Of a DNA stretch of 64,000 nucleotides, positions 50,101 to 62,143 are shown in pieces. The notes under the pieces were generated by a model. The model was given only the letters and a program-made list of their open reading frames with translations, made no database searches and was not told the origin of the DNA. Location of the stretch: NCBI RefSeq assembly GCF_001194135.2, contig NC_068982.1:48809694-48873693 (forward strand). The letters are read 5' to 3'. A program made the position numbers and the translations under genes. Position 1 is the stretch's first letter. Every line of letters begins with the position of its first letter. The DNA comes from Octopus bimaculoides. Lineage: Eukaryota.

Positions 50101-51304
50101 TCAAATGAATATTTGTTCGAATATTTTACGTTCTGAACCATTGTCCGGTTAAACTCAACCACGCAGTTCGTAGGTAATACGCAACTTTAGCGATTTTTAA
50201 TCATGTTCCAATATTACTAGCATAAAGCCTGTTCTCTGCTTTAATGATTGCTTATTCCCAAGGAGTGGGGGAGGGAGGTAGAATGGTGGCTGGTGGTCAT
50301 GGAGTAAGATTCAGAACAATATCCATTTAGTATTGTTTTAAATCATCTGGCTCTGTTGATGTCTGTTGTTCGTGTTTATAGTTTATTTCACCACTCTCCA
50401 GAGAAGTTTTGTACGTGTTCGCTTGACTCTTTAGTATTTTATTCCAAATTTACAGCAAGCCATAGATCTCAAACGTTAACAAACTAATGGAATGTTGCAC
50501 TATTACTCTTCGCTCGACATGCAATTAAATCTCCCCCCCCCCCCNNNNNNNNNNNNNNNNNNNNNNNNNNNNNNNNNNNNNNNNNNNNNNNNNNNNNAAA
50601 AAAAAACGTATGTTGAAGCAGTCAAGAACAAACTGCGACCTGCAGGACTTTCTGAATGGCACGCCTAACGAAAAATTAACTTGAAATTTATTAACTCTTT
50701 TTTTTTTTTTTAGTAATGCAGTCCGCCTGTTGAAGAGTAATGTCTCACGCAACACGTTTCTCGAAAAAGGTTGCCCATACCTACTCTAAACTCTTAAAAA
50801 TGAGGAGTGAGAGATAGTGGTATAATGTAGTCTGAGATTCACTACAGCCGAACGCATCTAATCACGTTTTTGCTGCATCATGTCGGACCTTGGGTTAAAC
50901 AACTGTTATCACAACTTGTTTCAGGAACCACGAAGGAGCATTCCATTTGGTTCCGTTCCTCGATTAGCTAGAATTAGCTGACCAATTTTCTCATAAACAA
51001 ACCTTTGTGTTAGATTCTCCGTCAGTCTCGAGCACGAAAGGTTGACATGTAAAGATGACTTCGGCGGAATTTGAACTCGGAGCGCTCCGAGGCTGAACGA
51101 AAGACATTAGGTATTCTATGTTGCCTTGCCTTCATTCCTCATTTCCTGATGAAATAGTAGAGACGAAGTTGCAGCATACGATGTAACTCGGGCATTTAAA
51201 CCTGGCTATGCTCAACCCTCTCCAGAACCTGAATACAATTGATTTCCTCCAGAAGCGGTTGCATGCCAGGACAAGTGGCCTTCTGCCATGCTCACTATCA
51301 CGTT

Positions 51305-51720
51305 CACAATGCTTAATGGCATTTTGTCCGTCTTTATGCTCCGAGTTCAAATTCCGCAGAGGTTAACTTTGATTTTTGACCTTTAGGGGTCGGTTAGATA
51401 ATTACCAGTCAAGTACTGGAGTCGATGTTATCAACTTTTCCCTTCTCCCGCAGAAACTGCTGGCCCTGTGACAGAATTTTGAAACTATATTTGATAGCAT
51501 AAGTTCACTGAAGGTAGCAAGCTGGCAAAATCGTTAGCTCGCCGGATAAAATGCTTATCGGTATTCCGTCCGTCTTTATGCTCTGAGTTCAAATTCTGTT
51601 GTCTTTGCCTTTCATCTTTTCGGGTTCAGTAGAATTAAGTTACAGTTGAGCACTGGGCTCGATGTAATCAACTAGCCCCTTTCCCACAAAATTTCTGGCC
51701 TTGTACTTATAGTAGAAATG
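51305..51720 (+). mobile_element. Two tandem SINE A copies, short tail
   Basis: Copies at about 51305-51480 and 51513-51720. Confidence 0.75.
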
Positions 51721-54194
51721 AAATGGGTCGGCCTGACTTCAATTCAGCAGACGTATGATCAAAGACGCTTTAGGGATAATCCCCCCGTCATTTATTCAGA
51801 CACATTGTTTTAAGGACAACATTCATTACTCAAGATGAAATTATTTTTAAGACGATGATTGAAGGGACATTTGACTGCTATTTCTAGCGGCCAAATCCCT
51901 TTCAAATATTACTATTGTTTACTTTATTTTGTTCTTATGAAAGAAGTAGTATGAGTCCATGATGGAGTCTTTACATTGTCGCTCGATCCTCTAGATAAAG
52001 CAACCATGTTACTCTCCTTATCGTGTATGAACCTTTCTTAAAAAAGCAAAAACAAAAAAAAACCGTAATTTTAATGTAGATCTAGAGACACATATACTGT
52101 ATCTGGTTAAAAGGCGGAACAAGATCGGCTGGAATGCTTTTGATCATGGGACTAAAAATGAACAAAAGTAACAGTACCAAAAATGTTGGAAATGTCAAAT
52201 GTTTGCGTGTTCGGAGGTGGTACTAAATTAATTAGAATGAGCTGTCTAAAAAAAGAAGCCAACTTCATCGCCCCAGTATTGATGAGGGAGATGCTTATAA
52301 ATTGAAGGCCAAAATCCAGAGCATGCATACACACGCACGAGATAAAGATGCCAATGGAGTGAGTCAATTGCTACATTCACTTACACACACCATACATGCA
52401 TACGTACACCTATGAACATATTAAAACAGTGAGACAACAGAGACAAAGAGAGGCGTGTGTGTGCGCGCGCGCGTATGTCCGTTCCCCCACCACCTCTTTT
52501 CCATGTTGTTCAGAAGCAAGCTTCTTAGCACGCCTGCGCTATATAAGGAAAATGTTCTCTATGTGGCCAGTGTGTTTTCTGTACTCTGGTTATTATTATT
52601 ATTTTTTGTCTACGTTTTGTTTGCAATGTCCTGTACCCAGATATGCACCTATATATACAGGTAGACGTAGGTATGCACATACCTGTACGTATATATGCAT
52701 ATACTCATTATTTGTTATAGATATATACATACGCAAACGTATATATACTTTCCTCTGTGAATAACACAACCGTTTAAAGTCGGAAGAAAGGAGACAAAAG
52801 AAATGAACGACGGTAGGAGAGAAAAATATCACATCCTCACGAATACTAATACATACACACACTGATGCAAGCCTGTATGCATATATATATACATATATAT
52901 GAAATTACATCATTAGTTATTATGACGTAACAATAGAATTTGAGTGTTTTCCAACTTCATTTGAAGTCTCCGATATTTACGCTGCAAAGAAAATCTATTT
53001 TCAATCAAGCACGCAAACCAGCACGCATACTTGCAGAAACGCACACAAACACAATCACATTCGCACACATTCACACAATTATGCACATAAATACACGCTA
53101 ACCAAAGGCTGAAATAACGACATTAAACGGAGTATACCATGCCAGAAAAGTTTTTAACTTTTTCATTTCTTAATTTCGTCTGCCCGTCATGGAAATTTTA
53201 CGCACATACACACACGTATTTCTGTCCCGCTAATTTATTCATTTGTATTTATTACCAATGTTACGTGTATCTGTATATAGACTATTCTTTATGTGTAACA
53301 CATAACCGTTTGAAGCTGTTGAAGTTGACTATCTTTATAGGATTTACTTTCTGAATCATTCGATAAGAACTCTAGATTATTCAACTCCAGCTGGAGTCGT
53401 TCTGTTTATATTTTGTATTCGAAAGTTCGTTCTGCCTTCTTCCTTGTCTCAAAATGCTCAGCTTACGCATGGATTCTGATGATCAAATGAATTTTCGTCC
53501 TTTGCTCATTGTTAAACTTAATCAATAAATACGAGGAGAAACTGAAAAATTCCTGACTTGAGGGGTGTCGCGAAAGGCCTGGCTGGAGAGCCAACCTTCC
53601 GAGTTCTTTTACAGGGCTTCAAAACAATTAAAATACCGCTACCTTAGATTCTTTTAATATATTTCCATGCATAATATTTCGTTTTGGGATTTGGTTTGCA
53701 AGATTTTTTATGTGATTTCGTGTGTTGAAGTATATTCTGTTGTGTCTGGGGAGAGTCAATTTTCTTTTCGTGCCTTAATAGATCTGTTGAATTAGGGTTC
53801 AGACAGACATAATACTGTGTCACGAGACTAAACTTCAACAACAAAAGTTCTCGAATCTCCGAGAGCCTTTACGAGCACTTTCAATCTGTAACTAGTGGAA
53901 AACAAATTTCTCCTCAGATTACACCAAACCAGTTTGAAAGAAAAAGATCTATTGGATAAAGTAGTCCTTGGTAAGCAATGCTTGACAGAAGAACAGGACA
54001 GTCATAGCTAAATTATTTTTGATTATAGATATTCTGGATCGCATTTGACCTGGGGTTAAAGAGCAAGACATTTTCTCTGTGTTCCAGCAACCTCTGGATT
54101 ACAGGAAGGAGATTTACAATCTTGTTTGCAATGCATTCTGGAATCTCAGGTAATTGATGCTAGTTAACATTATTAATCTACTACCTTTATACAA

Positions 54195-54390
54195 GGAGGG
54201 TAGTGGATTGTCAGAATCGTTATAGCGTTGGAAAAAATACCTTTGGTATCTGTTGCGGTTTTGCACTGAGTTCAAACACCGTCGAAGTCATGTTTGCCTT
54301 TCGTCCCTTTGAGGGTTAGTAAAATAAAGAACGTCAAGTACTGGATCAATGTAATCGACTAACCTTCACCCCTTCAACACTGCTAGGTTT
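54195..54390 (+). mobile_element. SINE A, diverged
   Basis: CAGAATCGTTA..CTGAGTTCAAAC..GCCTTTCGTCCC. Confidence 0.6.
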
Positions 54391-57300
54391 GCGCTTTTTA
54401 AAATTAATTTTTATAACTGGTTACTTATTTACATATAAAACCGAATATTCGTAAAATTTGAACACCAGATAATACGACTACATGTAGTTTTTCATTAACA
54501 GGAAAAAAAAGAAAAAATATTGCTGCCGCAATTTTCTTTCTTAGTGAACAGGTCACAGTTTCGAGCGACGAAAATTTCGACACCATATTGCAAATAAAAA
54601 CACATAAATCATTAAACTGTTATTCCTAAGAATATATAGAGTTAAGAATATATAAAAGTTAAGAATATATAAAGTTAGGAATATATAAAGTTAGTAACAT
54701 CCTTGTCTATGATTTGAAAGTCCACACTAGCGACACATATATTTATGCAGCTATGAAGCAACTTCACCTTAGAGCACTTTTTACGTGATAGTGGAATATA
54801 ATTTAACAAGAAATGATGTTTTGAAACTTGAGTCTGACAACATATCAAGAGTGGGCTATAGACCAAAAACAACAGTTCAATACTAATGTTCTTTCTATCA
54901 TTATTCTTCCGGATAACGAAAGTTTTACTTTTTAAATTATGAAAAATATTCATCTATCATGATCAAATTAACTGGATGAATAACACTGATTTCTTGTGTA
55001 AAAACAAAGAGTCAGATTTACGAGGAGAAGGAGCCGAAATTATTTGACATTTATGCCTTCAAGTGTACGTTTGTAATTGAAAGTCTTACACAGAAATGAA
55101 AACTAGGTCGCAGACTCTTCGGCGTTCTTTATAAATAAAGACGATTGCATTAGGCTAAGAAATATATATGAAACAACCCTCGAATAAGGAAAAATATAAT
55201 CAATACCTTCCAATCCATTTACAGTATTAACATTGATATCAACACTTCAGATAACGTTTGTGATTCGTCGCTTCATGAAATTTGTTTCAATGACAAAAGA
55301 AAAGTACTTTTAACATCCCTCCTCCTTTTGTATTCTCCTTAAATGTATGACCTTATGTCGACGTAAGAAATACATTTTCGCCTTATCAGTGACACGGAGA
55401 AATTGTGAAAAGGACAAAATGTAGAGAGAAAAAAATTCACGTCTTTTCAAAGGAACGATAACAAGGTTAACGGTTTTCTATTTACAAGCATGGCATCAAT
55501 GAATGACTACATGATTCTTTAGTTTGTTTCTTAAAGGCTGGAGGGATTATAACATGTTAAAATTAGTTTCAGGAATTAGACCTTTTCGACGAACAAATCT
55601 CAGAGCAGTTCCACGGAGAAATATTCTACACGACGAAAATGATATCCATGGGTAGTTATTTAAACTGTTTAGTTGAGCTATGATATTAACAAAGAGAAAG
55701 CTTATCGTCTATACATTTTTGCTATAAAAAGCTCTATTTAATATATATAACCATTGCTAGGGATAGATTTTTTAGAGTAACAATGCAACAAGCTGTATCT
55801 ATTATGCTACATTAATAATGAAAGAAATGGCATTATCAACATTGTACTCATTAATAACAGCCTAACGACATGATAGCATAGAGAGGTAGTTTAAAAGACA
55901 TTTATTTCATTTTGTGAACAACAGTTATTAGTCACAGGTTTTCTAACGGCAAGGATGAGAAAGAAGTGTCAATAACACAATACAGAAAAAAAATAAAGAA
56001 AATAAAAACCTACTTCAAGAGATTTCGTTTCCAAAGCACAGTTTTCTCGTTCTTTCGCCAATGTTTATATTCTTCGCTGGTGTCCATTGGACGGACACAC
56101 ACACGACACATTGCACTGATAGACACAAAAATTCGTCAACGAAACAAAAGACATCCACTTCAAAAATCCTATATTCTTTTTTTTTTATTTTTCTTCTCTG
56201 ATGAATATAATCTAAAAACGTTTCATCCATAGACAGTCAATGACAGGTTTCTCAGATCAGAAGGTTACAGGAAATTAATGCAATTATGTTGTTTAAAGAG
56301 CTTGTGGTTGGCGAACTGCAGAAACACGTAGAAGGAATAATGTTTGAGAACCGAGTGGTTCTGACAAGGACGGACTGCATGGAGAAAACTGCGGTACAAG
56401 TAGTTGAAGACATCTAAGCAAGTACATAGTGAACAAGTTCAAGTGGTTGTGTTGTTTTGAAGTGCTGAGTCGATTATGACAGTTGAAGAGGCGAAGAGAA
56501 GACACGACACGAGAATCTGAGTTCGAACATTTTAAAATAAATGAACGTTTATTAATGAAGTAGATAGGTTTATGATACCAGTGATGGCAGAAGATATTAG
56601 GCTGGTCAGTATCCAATAGTTGAATACACTGAAGTTTTTTAGAGTATCAAAATATATTCAGGTTCAAATCATTTACTTTTTAGAAAGTAAAAGACAAGTT
56701 TTTTTTTTATGCATGATATTTTCAAAAGGGTTATCCGATAGACAAGTTGGTCATCGACTGCATTCGTTTCTGTCCCCAATCATCTTGATATGGATTTGTC
56801 ACTGGATTGAAGATAGTCACGGAAGAGAGAGAAAGTAAAGTAGACGGTGCGCAACTCCTCTTCACTCTAAACAAAGTCATTGTGCAAATCGTCCTTAAGA
56901 TTAACTACATGGTCTTCGTCGCGAACATAGGTAAAGTAATAGAATAGTAGTCAATAATAGTCCAAGCATAGGACCTGTACTCTTTGTGATTTGCATTGTT
57001 GTGTTAGGACTTCTACTGTATGTGATTTACATTGTAATGTTAAAATCATCCCTCTCTTTCTCTCTCTCTCTCTCACTCACTCACTCTCTTTGAAAAACGT
57101 TCAAAGTGTTAAAATTCTTCATCACGGCATAAAACATTTTCCACTATTTCAACTAAAGCCTCCGCCCATTAGTTTTGGTCGATTACGTGCTTGTACTTGC
57201 TTCACAGTGCAGGCCTGATCAAGAGTTTTATGGAAAACTAGCCGTTGCTCATGACGCAAGCCTTATTTTTCCAAGCCACCAGTGTTTTCTAAGGGAAAAG

Positions 57301-57574
57301 CAAGGATGATAAAGATTGGCACCAGGGTTGTCGCAAGCGTTGTTGTCCAAATGCTGAGAGCGGAGAGGAGACTGGTGCAGTAAAACATCTAGTTTATTTC
57401 AACCAACCCACTGTCCAGGATTTGTAATATTGTTTTAATGCACTCGAAAGTTGTCCTTGACGTAATTTGAAATCAGAGCGGAGAGACCCGGAACAAATAC
57501 CAAAAGACGTCCCAGAGACTACCATTTTGCTGCCTCGCTTTTTGAAACCAAATATTCAAATCAGACATTGGTTT

Positions 57575-57790
57575 CAAATTTTGGCATAAGGCCAACAAAT
57601 TCGGGGGAGAGGGAGGGGTGCTAGACCGACCACATCGACCCTAGTGCTTAACTGGTACTTATTTTATCGACCCCGAAAGGATGAAAGATAAAGTAGACCC
57701 GGCGGAATTTGAACAGTGATGAACATAAATACGGATGAAATGTTACTAAACATTTTGTCCGGCGTACAAACGATTCTGTCAGCTAGCTTC
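57575..57790 (-). mobile_element. SINE A, short tail
   Basis: TATCGACCCCGAAAGGATGAAAG..GGCGGAATTTGAAC. Confidence 0.75.
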
Positions 57791-58306
57791 CTTATTTGGA
57801 TTAAATATTGTTTTAACTATTGGTCGAAAAGGATGGAACACATTTATAACCAACGCTATTCCAGCCTCAACCATCACGTCTTTTGTGAAATGCCTACGAC
57901 TAAATTATCTAACATCGTTTTGAAGCTGACGTAGTTGCTAGCAAGCTCAGTAACCAAATAGAGTCCTCCCACGTCGTCACGTAGTTAAAGTGTTTCATTT
58001 AAGTGTAAGTTCTTAAGGAGAAACAGACCGGTGGTGTAATTATTGATAGAAATATGTAACTTTGAGCATTCTAATATCATTGAAAGCTATCCAGTTGATC
58101 AGAGAATTCCAACTGGAAATTAGAAATAAGACCACATTCAATAAATTATTTAGATGATGATAGAATTTGGTGAATTGTGACATTTGCATAGATGTTGGAT
58201 ACTGAGTAATAAGTGTGGGGATGCAATAATTAATGACTGAATCATTCACGAGTGAGGAGATGAATATACATATATTCTTTTATATGCTTCAGGCTTGAGG
58301 CTGAGA

Positions 58307-58335
<29 letters not shown>

Positions 58336-58345
<10 letters not shown>

Positions 58346-58960
58346 NNNNNNNNNNGGGACAAGAAAGCAAAACATCCAGACAGTTAGGTGATACAAAAAT
58401 GGGACAAAAAACATCCAGATAGACGATACAATGGAAACAAGGACGGGTCATTCGAAGTTTTTTTTCCTCAGTCGAGTACCAGATTATCTTCGCAATTTCG
58501 GCTGATTATACTCGAGACTGCTCCAATCTGGCCACCCCCAAGGAAAAACTAAGCTAAGAGCATTAGATTCCTTTGAAGAAAGCAGCGAATGTATTCAAAA
58601 ACAAGGACGGAAAAAAACGGACAATTTTACACAAATACAATAATAATAACAGGACATAACAACAGGTGTCTTTCGACTAAGGATGAATCAAATTAAGCTG
58701 ACGTGTGTGGAAATAAAGCCTTACGACAGGGATACAAGAGTTCACAGGCACAGGGAGGAATATCGATGTTGCATGGACAACGGCCGGCCAAGAAAGAAAG
58801 AACACCGGTCACGTGGGAAGAGAAGAGAGAGAGAGGCAGAGGGACAAAAGAATTAAAGAGGAGCGAGAAAAATGATAGGAACACAGTGAAGTGGAAAGTG
58901 AGTACATGTTTACCATTTTTGTCCTTGTTCTTTTGCCACGTCATGTACCCAGTTATGTAT
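58336..58960. mobile_element. Interspersed repeat, possibly Penelope-like
   Basis: GC-richer, non-tandem block containing ATCAGCCGAAA on the minus strand (as in the 33.6-kb repeat). Separated only by (TA)n and a gap from the hammerhead-bearing block at 59663-59900. Confidence 0.3.
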
Positions 58961-59025
58961 CTATATGTACATGTGGATGAACGTATATACATACATGTAC
59001 ATATATATGCATATACTCATATATT

Positions 59026-59058
<33 letters not shown>

Positions 59059-59738
59059 NNNNNNNNNNNNNNNNNNNNNNNNNNNNNNNNNNNNNNNNNN
59101 NNNNNNNNNNNNNNNNNNNNNNNNNNNNNNNNNNNNNNNNNNNNNNNNNNNNNNNNNNNNNNNNNNNNNNNNNNNNNNNNNNNNNNNNNNNNNNNNNNNN
59201 NNNNNNNNNNNNNNNNNNNNNNNNNNNNNNNNNNNNNNNNNNNNNNNNNNNNNNNNNNNNNNNNNNNNNNNNNNNNNNNNNNNNNNNNNNNNNNNNNNNN
59301 NNNNNNNNNNNNNNNNNNNNNNNNNNNNNNNNNNNNNNNNNNNNNNNNNNNNNNNNNNNNNNNNNNNNNNNNNNNNNNNNNNNNNNNNNNNNNNNNNNNN
59401 NNNNNNNNNNNNNNNNNNNNNNNNNNNNNNNNNNNNNNNNNNNNNNNNNNNNNNNNNNNNNNNNNNNNNNNNNNNNNNNNNNNNNNNNNNNNNNNNNNNN
59501 NNNNNNNNNNNNNNNNNNNNNNNNNNNNNNNNNNNNNNNNNNNNNNNNNNNNNNNNNNNNNNNNNNNNNNNNNNNNNNNNNNNNNNNNNNNNNNNNNNNN
59601 NNNNNNNNNNNNNNNNNNNNNNNNNNNNNNNNNNNNNNNNNNNNNNNNNNNNNNNNNNNNNNTGTGAAATCGTGTGTTGAAACAGATGGCTGATAGTTAG
59701 TAAGGTGAGACACACATAAGAAAGAAGAAGGAAACAAA

Positions 59739-59783
59739 GGACCACTGATGAGGTCACAGAAGTGTGACGAAAGAACTCTGGCC
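59739..59783 (+). ncRNA. Minimal type I hammerhead ribozyme motif
   Basis: GGACCA-CTGATGA-G-GTCAC-AGAAGT-GTGAC-GAAA-G-AA-C-TC-TGGCC. Perfect 5-bp helix II, CUC cleavage triplet, helix I GGACCA/TGGCC with one bulge. Confidence 0.7.
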
Positions 59784-59903
59784 GAAATAAGATTAAGATT
59801 AGGATTAATGTAATATAAAGCTGAAAAAAAAAAAAAAATTAACACCAAATATACAGTGCGTGTGTTTTTATTGGCTAAACTGGCAACATGACCATCCCCA
59901 AGT

Positions 59904-59949
<46 letters not shown>

Positions 59950-60300
59950 GGCAAATAAGAAAGTGGAGAGGATGCAAAATGGACAGGCATCAGCCAGTAA
60001 GCATTCCTGTATGTCTATTTATTCCAATGTATTACAATGTATTAGATGAATACATACATATTTATTAGTAGTACAGCACATCCAATATAAAGAGTTGGTA
60101 ATTGCAAGAACAGTGGTGTGGAAACATAATCATATAGGAGCAGGTGATTGGATGAGTTGATGAACAAATGATCAGATTGTCAAACTAGCACCTACTGACA
60201 ATCTGCTCATTTGCTCATCTACTCATTCAATCACCTGTTCCTATATGATGTATAATCGAGAACGACTTAAATCGAAACGACTTAAGCCGAGGTAGGCCTC

Positions 60301-60331
<31 letters not shown>

Positions 60332-60646
60332 GTGTATACAAAATGTATGCATGTGTATATATCCATCCCCAAAGGATGAAAGTCAAAGTCAACCCCGACA
60401 AAATTTGAACTCACAATGTAATGAGGGGCGAAATGCCACTAAGCATTTTGCCCGGCATGCTAACGATTCTTTTTTTTCTTTTTTCCTACACTAGGCACAA
60501 GACCCAAAATTTTAGGGGAGGGGGCCAGTCGATTAGATCAACTCCAGTACGCAACTGGTACTTAATTTATCGATCCCGAAAGGATGAAAGGCAAAGTCGA
60601 CTTCGGCGGAATTTGAACTCAGAACGTAAAGACAGGCGAAATACCG

Positions 60647-62143
60647 ATTTCTTTATTACCCATAAAGGGCTATACAAAGAATTTTTAAGACATCACAAAA
60701 CATAAAGGCAGTACAAAACGCAAACATAAAATCGGGGTAATTAAAATAAAATGATAATATGCAAGAATGAAAAAAATGAGGCGAAACGTCCACTCGATCC
60801 CCGAAGTTGGGTGGTTACATTTATCCAGTTTTTCACTTTTACGTTCAACGTCATGTAAACATTTTAACGGTTTTGTAACTCAAAAAATTCAAATACTTGC
60901 GTTACCTTTCTTCCATTAATCATTGTTACATCCGTCCTTAACAACTGCAAATAATCAGTTCTCGGGGGTGGTGTCTCCACCAGCCATACCCGTTTCGTTA
61001 ATATATTTTCACCAAGTTCTTGTATGCGCTCCCAGCATCTTTCCTCACATATCAAAATGCATTTTTCAGCACATTTCTCTGGCATTTTCACTCTTATTAT
61101 TTCTCCCAACCTCTCGACTTTTCTCTCCATCTGCTCGCAATTCTTGTACTTTATCAAAAGCCCCTTGTATTTCACATCTTTATCCGTTCCGCCCTCCTCT
61201 TCTTGTACATTATTAGTTTCTGGCTTTTTTATCTCTTTTTTTGTTTTCTGTTGACCGTTCCTTTGACTTATTTTTCCTTCGCTTTTTAGGGTTAGTAGCT
61301 CCATTTTCGTTCTTCTCCTTTGTTTTCTCTGTTTCACACTTCTGTCTCTCTTTTATTTCCTCAGTGTGGTCTACAATTTTTTCTTCCTCTGTTTGTGCTT
61401 TCTCTTGCTGTGGCTGTGTGAACTCATATAGGGGGCATTTGGNNNNNNNNNNNNNNNNNNNNNNNNNNNNNNNNNNNNNNNNNNNNNNNNNNNNNNNNNN
61501 NNNNNNNNNNNNNNNNNNNNNNNNNNNNNNNNNNNNNNNNNNNNNNNNNNNNNNNNNNNNNNNNNNNNNNNNNNNNNNNNNNNNNNNNNNNNNCTTGGTA
61601 GTAATGCTATTTTTTCACTTCTTACAATGTTGGTTGCATGCTTGGTTGCCTCTTCTATAGTGGCGAACTTCACCTCAACCGTACCGAACTTTCTTCCTCT
61701 GTTGATGTACGTGGCTTCATTGACAATTTCACCCAGGCACTCCTCGATTTCCTCTTCCGTCACCATTTCAATTTTACAGGGTTCGACAGCCTGTGTACGA
61801 TACACAACTGTCCTCAGATTTTTTTCTTCTTTAGTCTCTTTTGGGAGACACAATTTGTATGAGTCTCCCTCAACTTCTATCAAATTCCTGCTTCTGGTCA
61901 CCTCCTCCATATCCAACTTGATTAACTTGGTTTCCAGCGGCACTGGCTTCCTCAGCGCAGTGGCCTTGGCGTAGCTCTCCATACTGGAGACACTCCTATT
62001 TGCCATAGCTGGGAAAAAATGCAGCAGCTCACGTGAAACGTGACAGTAATAATTCCACAAACTTCACAATTATTTACCGAGACAGTTGTCACAAAGTAAC
62101 ACAACCGTATTCACAATAATTCACAATAATTCACAGAGCCGTT
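60647..62143 (-). mobile_element. ORF1-only (half-L1/HAL1-like) non-LTR retroelement, copy 2
   Basis: Colinear with 22880-24503 (roughly 90% identical by eye), same ends, exact ATACCG duplication at 60641-60646 and 62144-62149. Internal N-gap at 61443-61594. Confidence 0.85.
60864..62006 (-). pseudogene. L1/Tx1-type ORF1 protein, copy 2 (gap covers most of the knuckle; at least one frameshift)
   Basis: ATG at 62006 (MANRSVSSMESYAKA). Near-identical translation to copy 1 with an in-frame 9-nt insertion. KCPLYEFTQPQQ visible after the gap. Stop at 60864-60866. Confidence 0.8.

Noticed and set aside
56293-56616. 107-aa minus-strand ORF in the repeat-poor region
   Set aside because: No recognisable motif or convincing splice signals; length is within chance.
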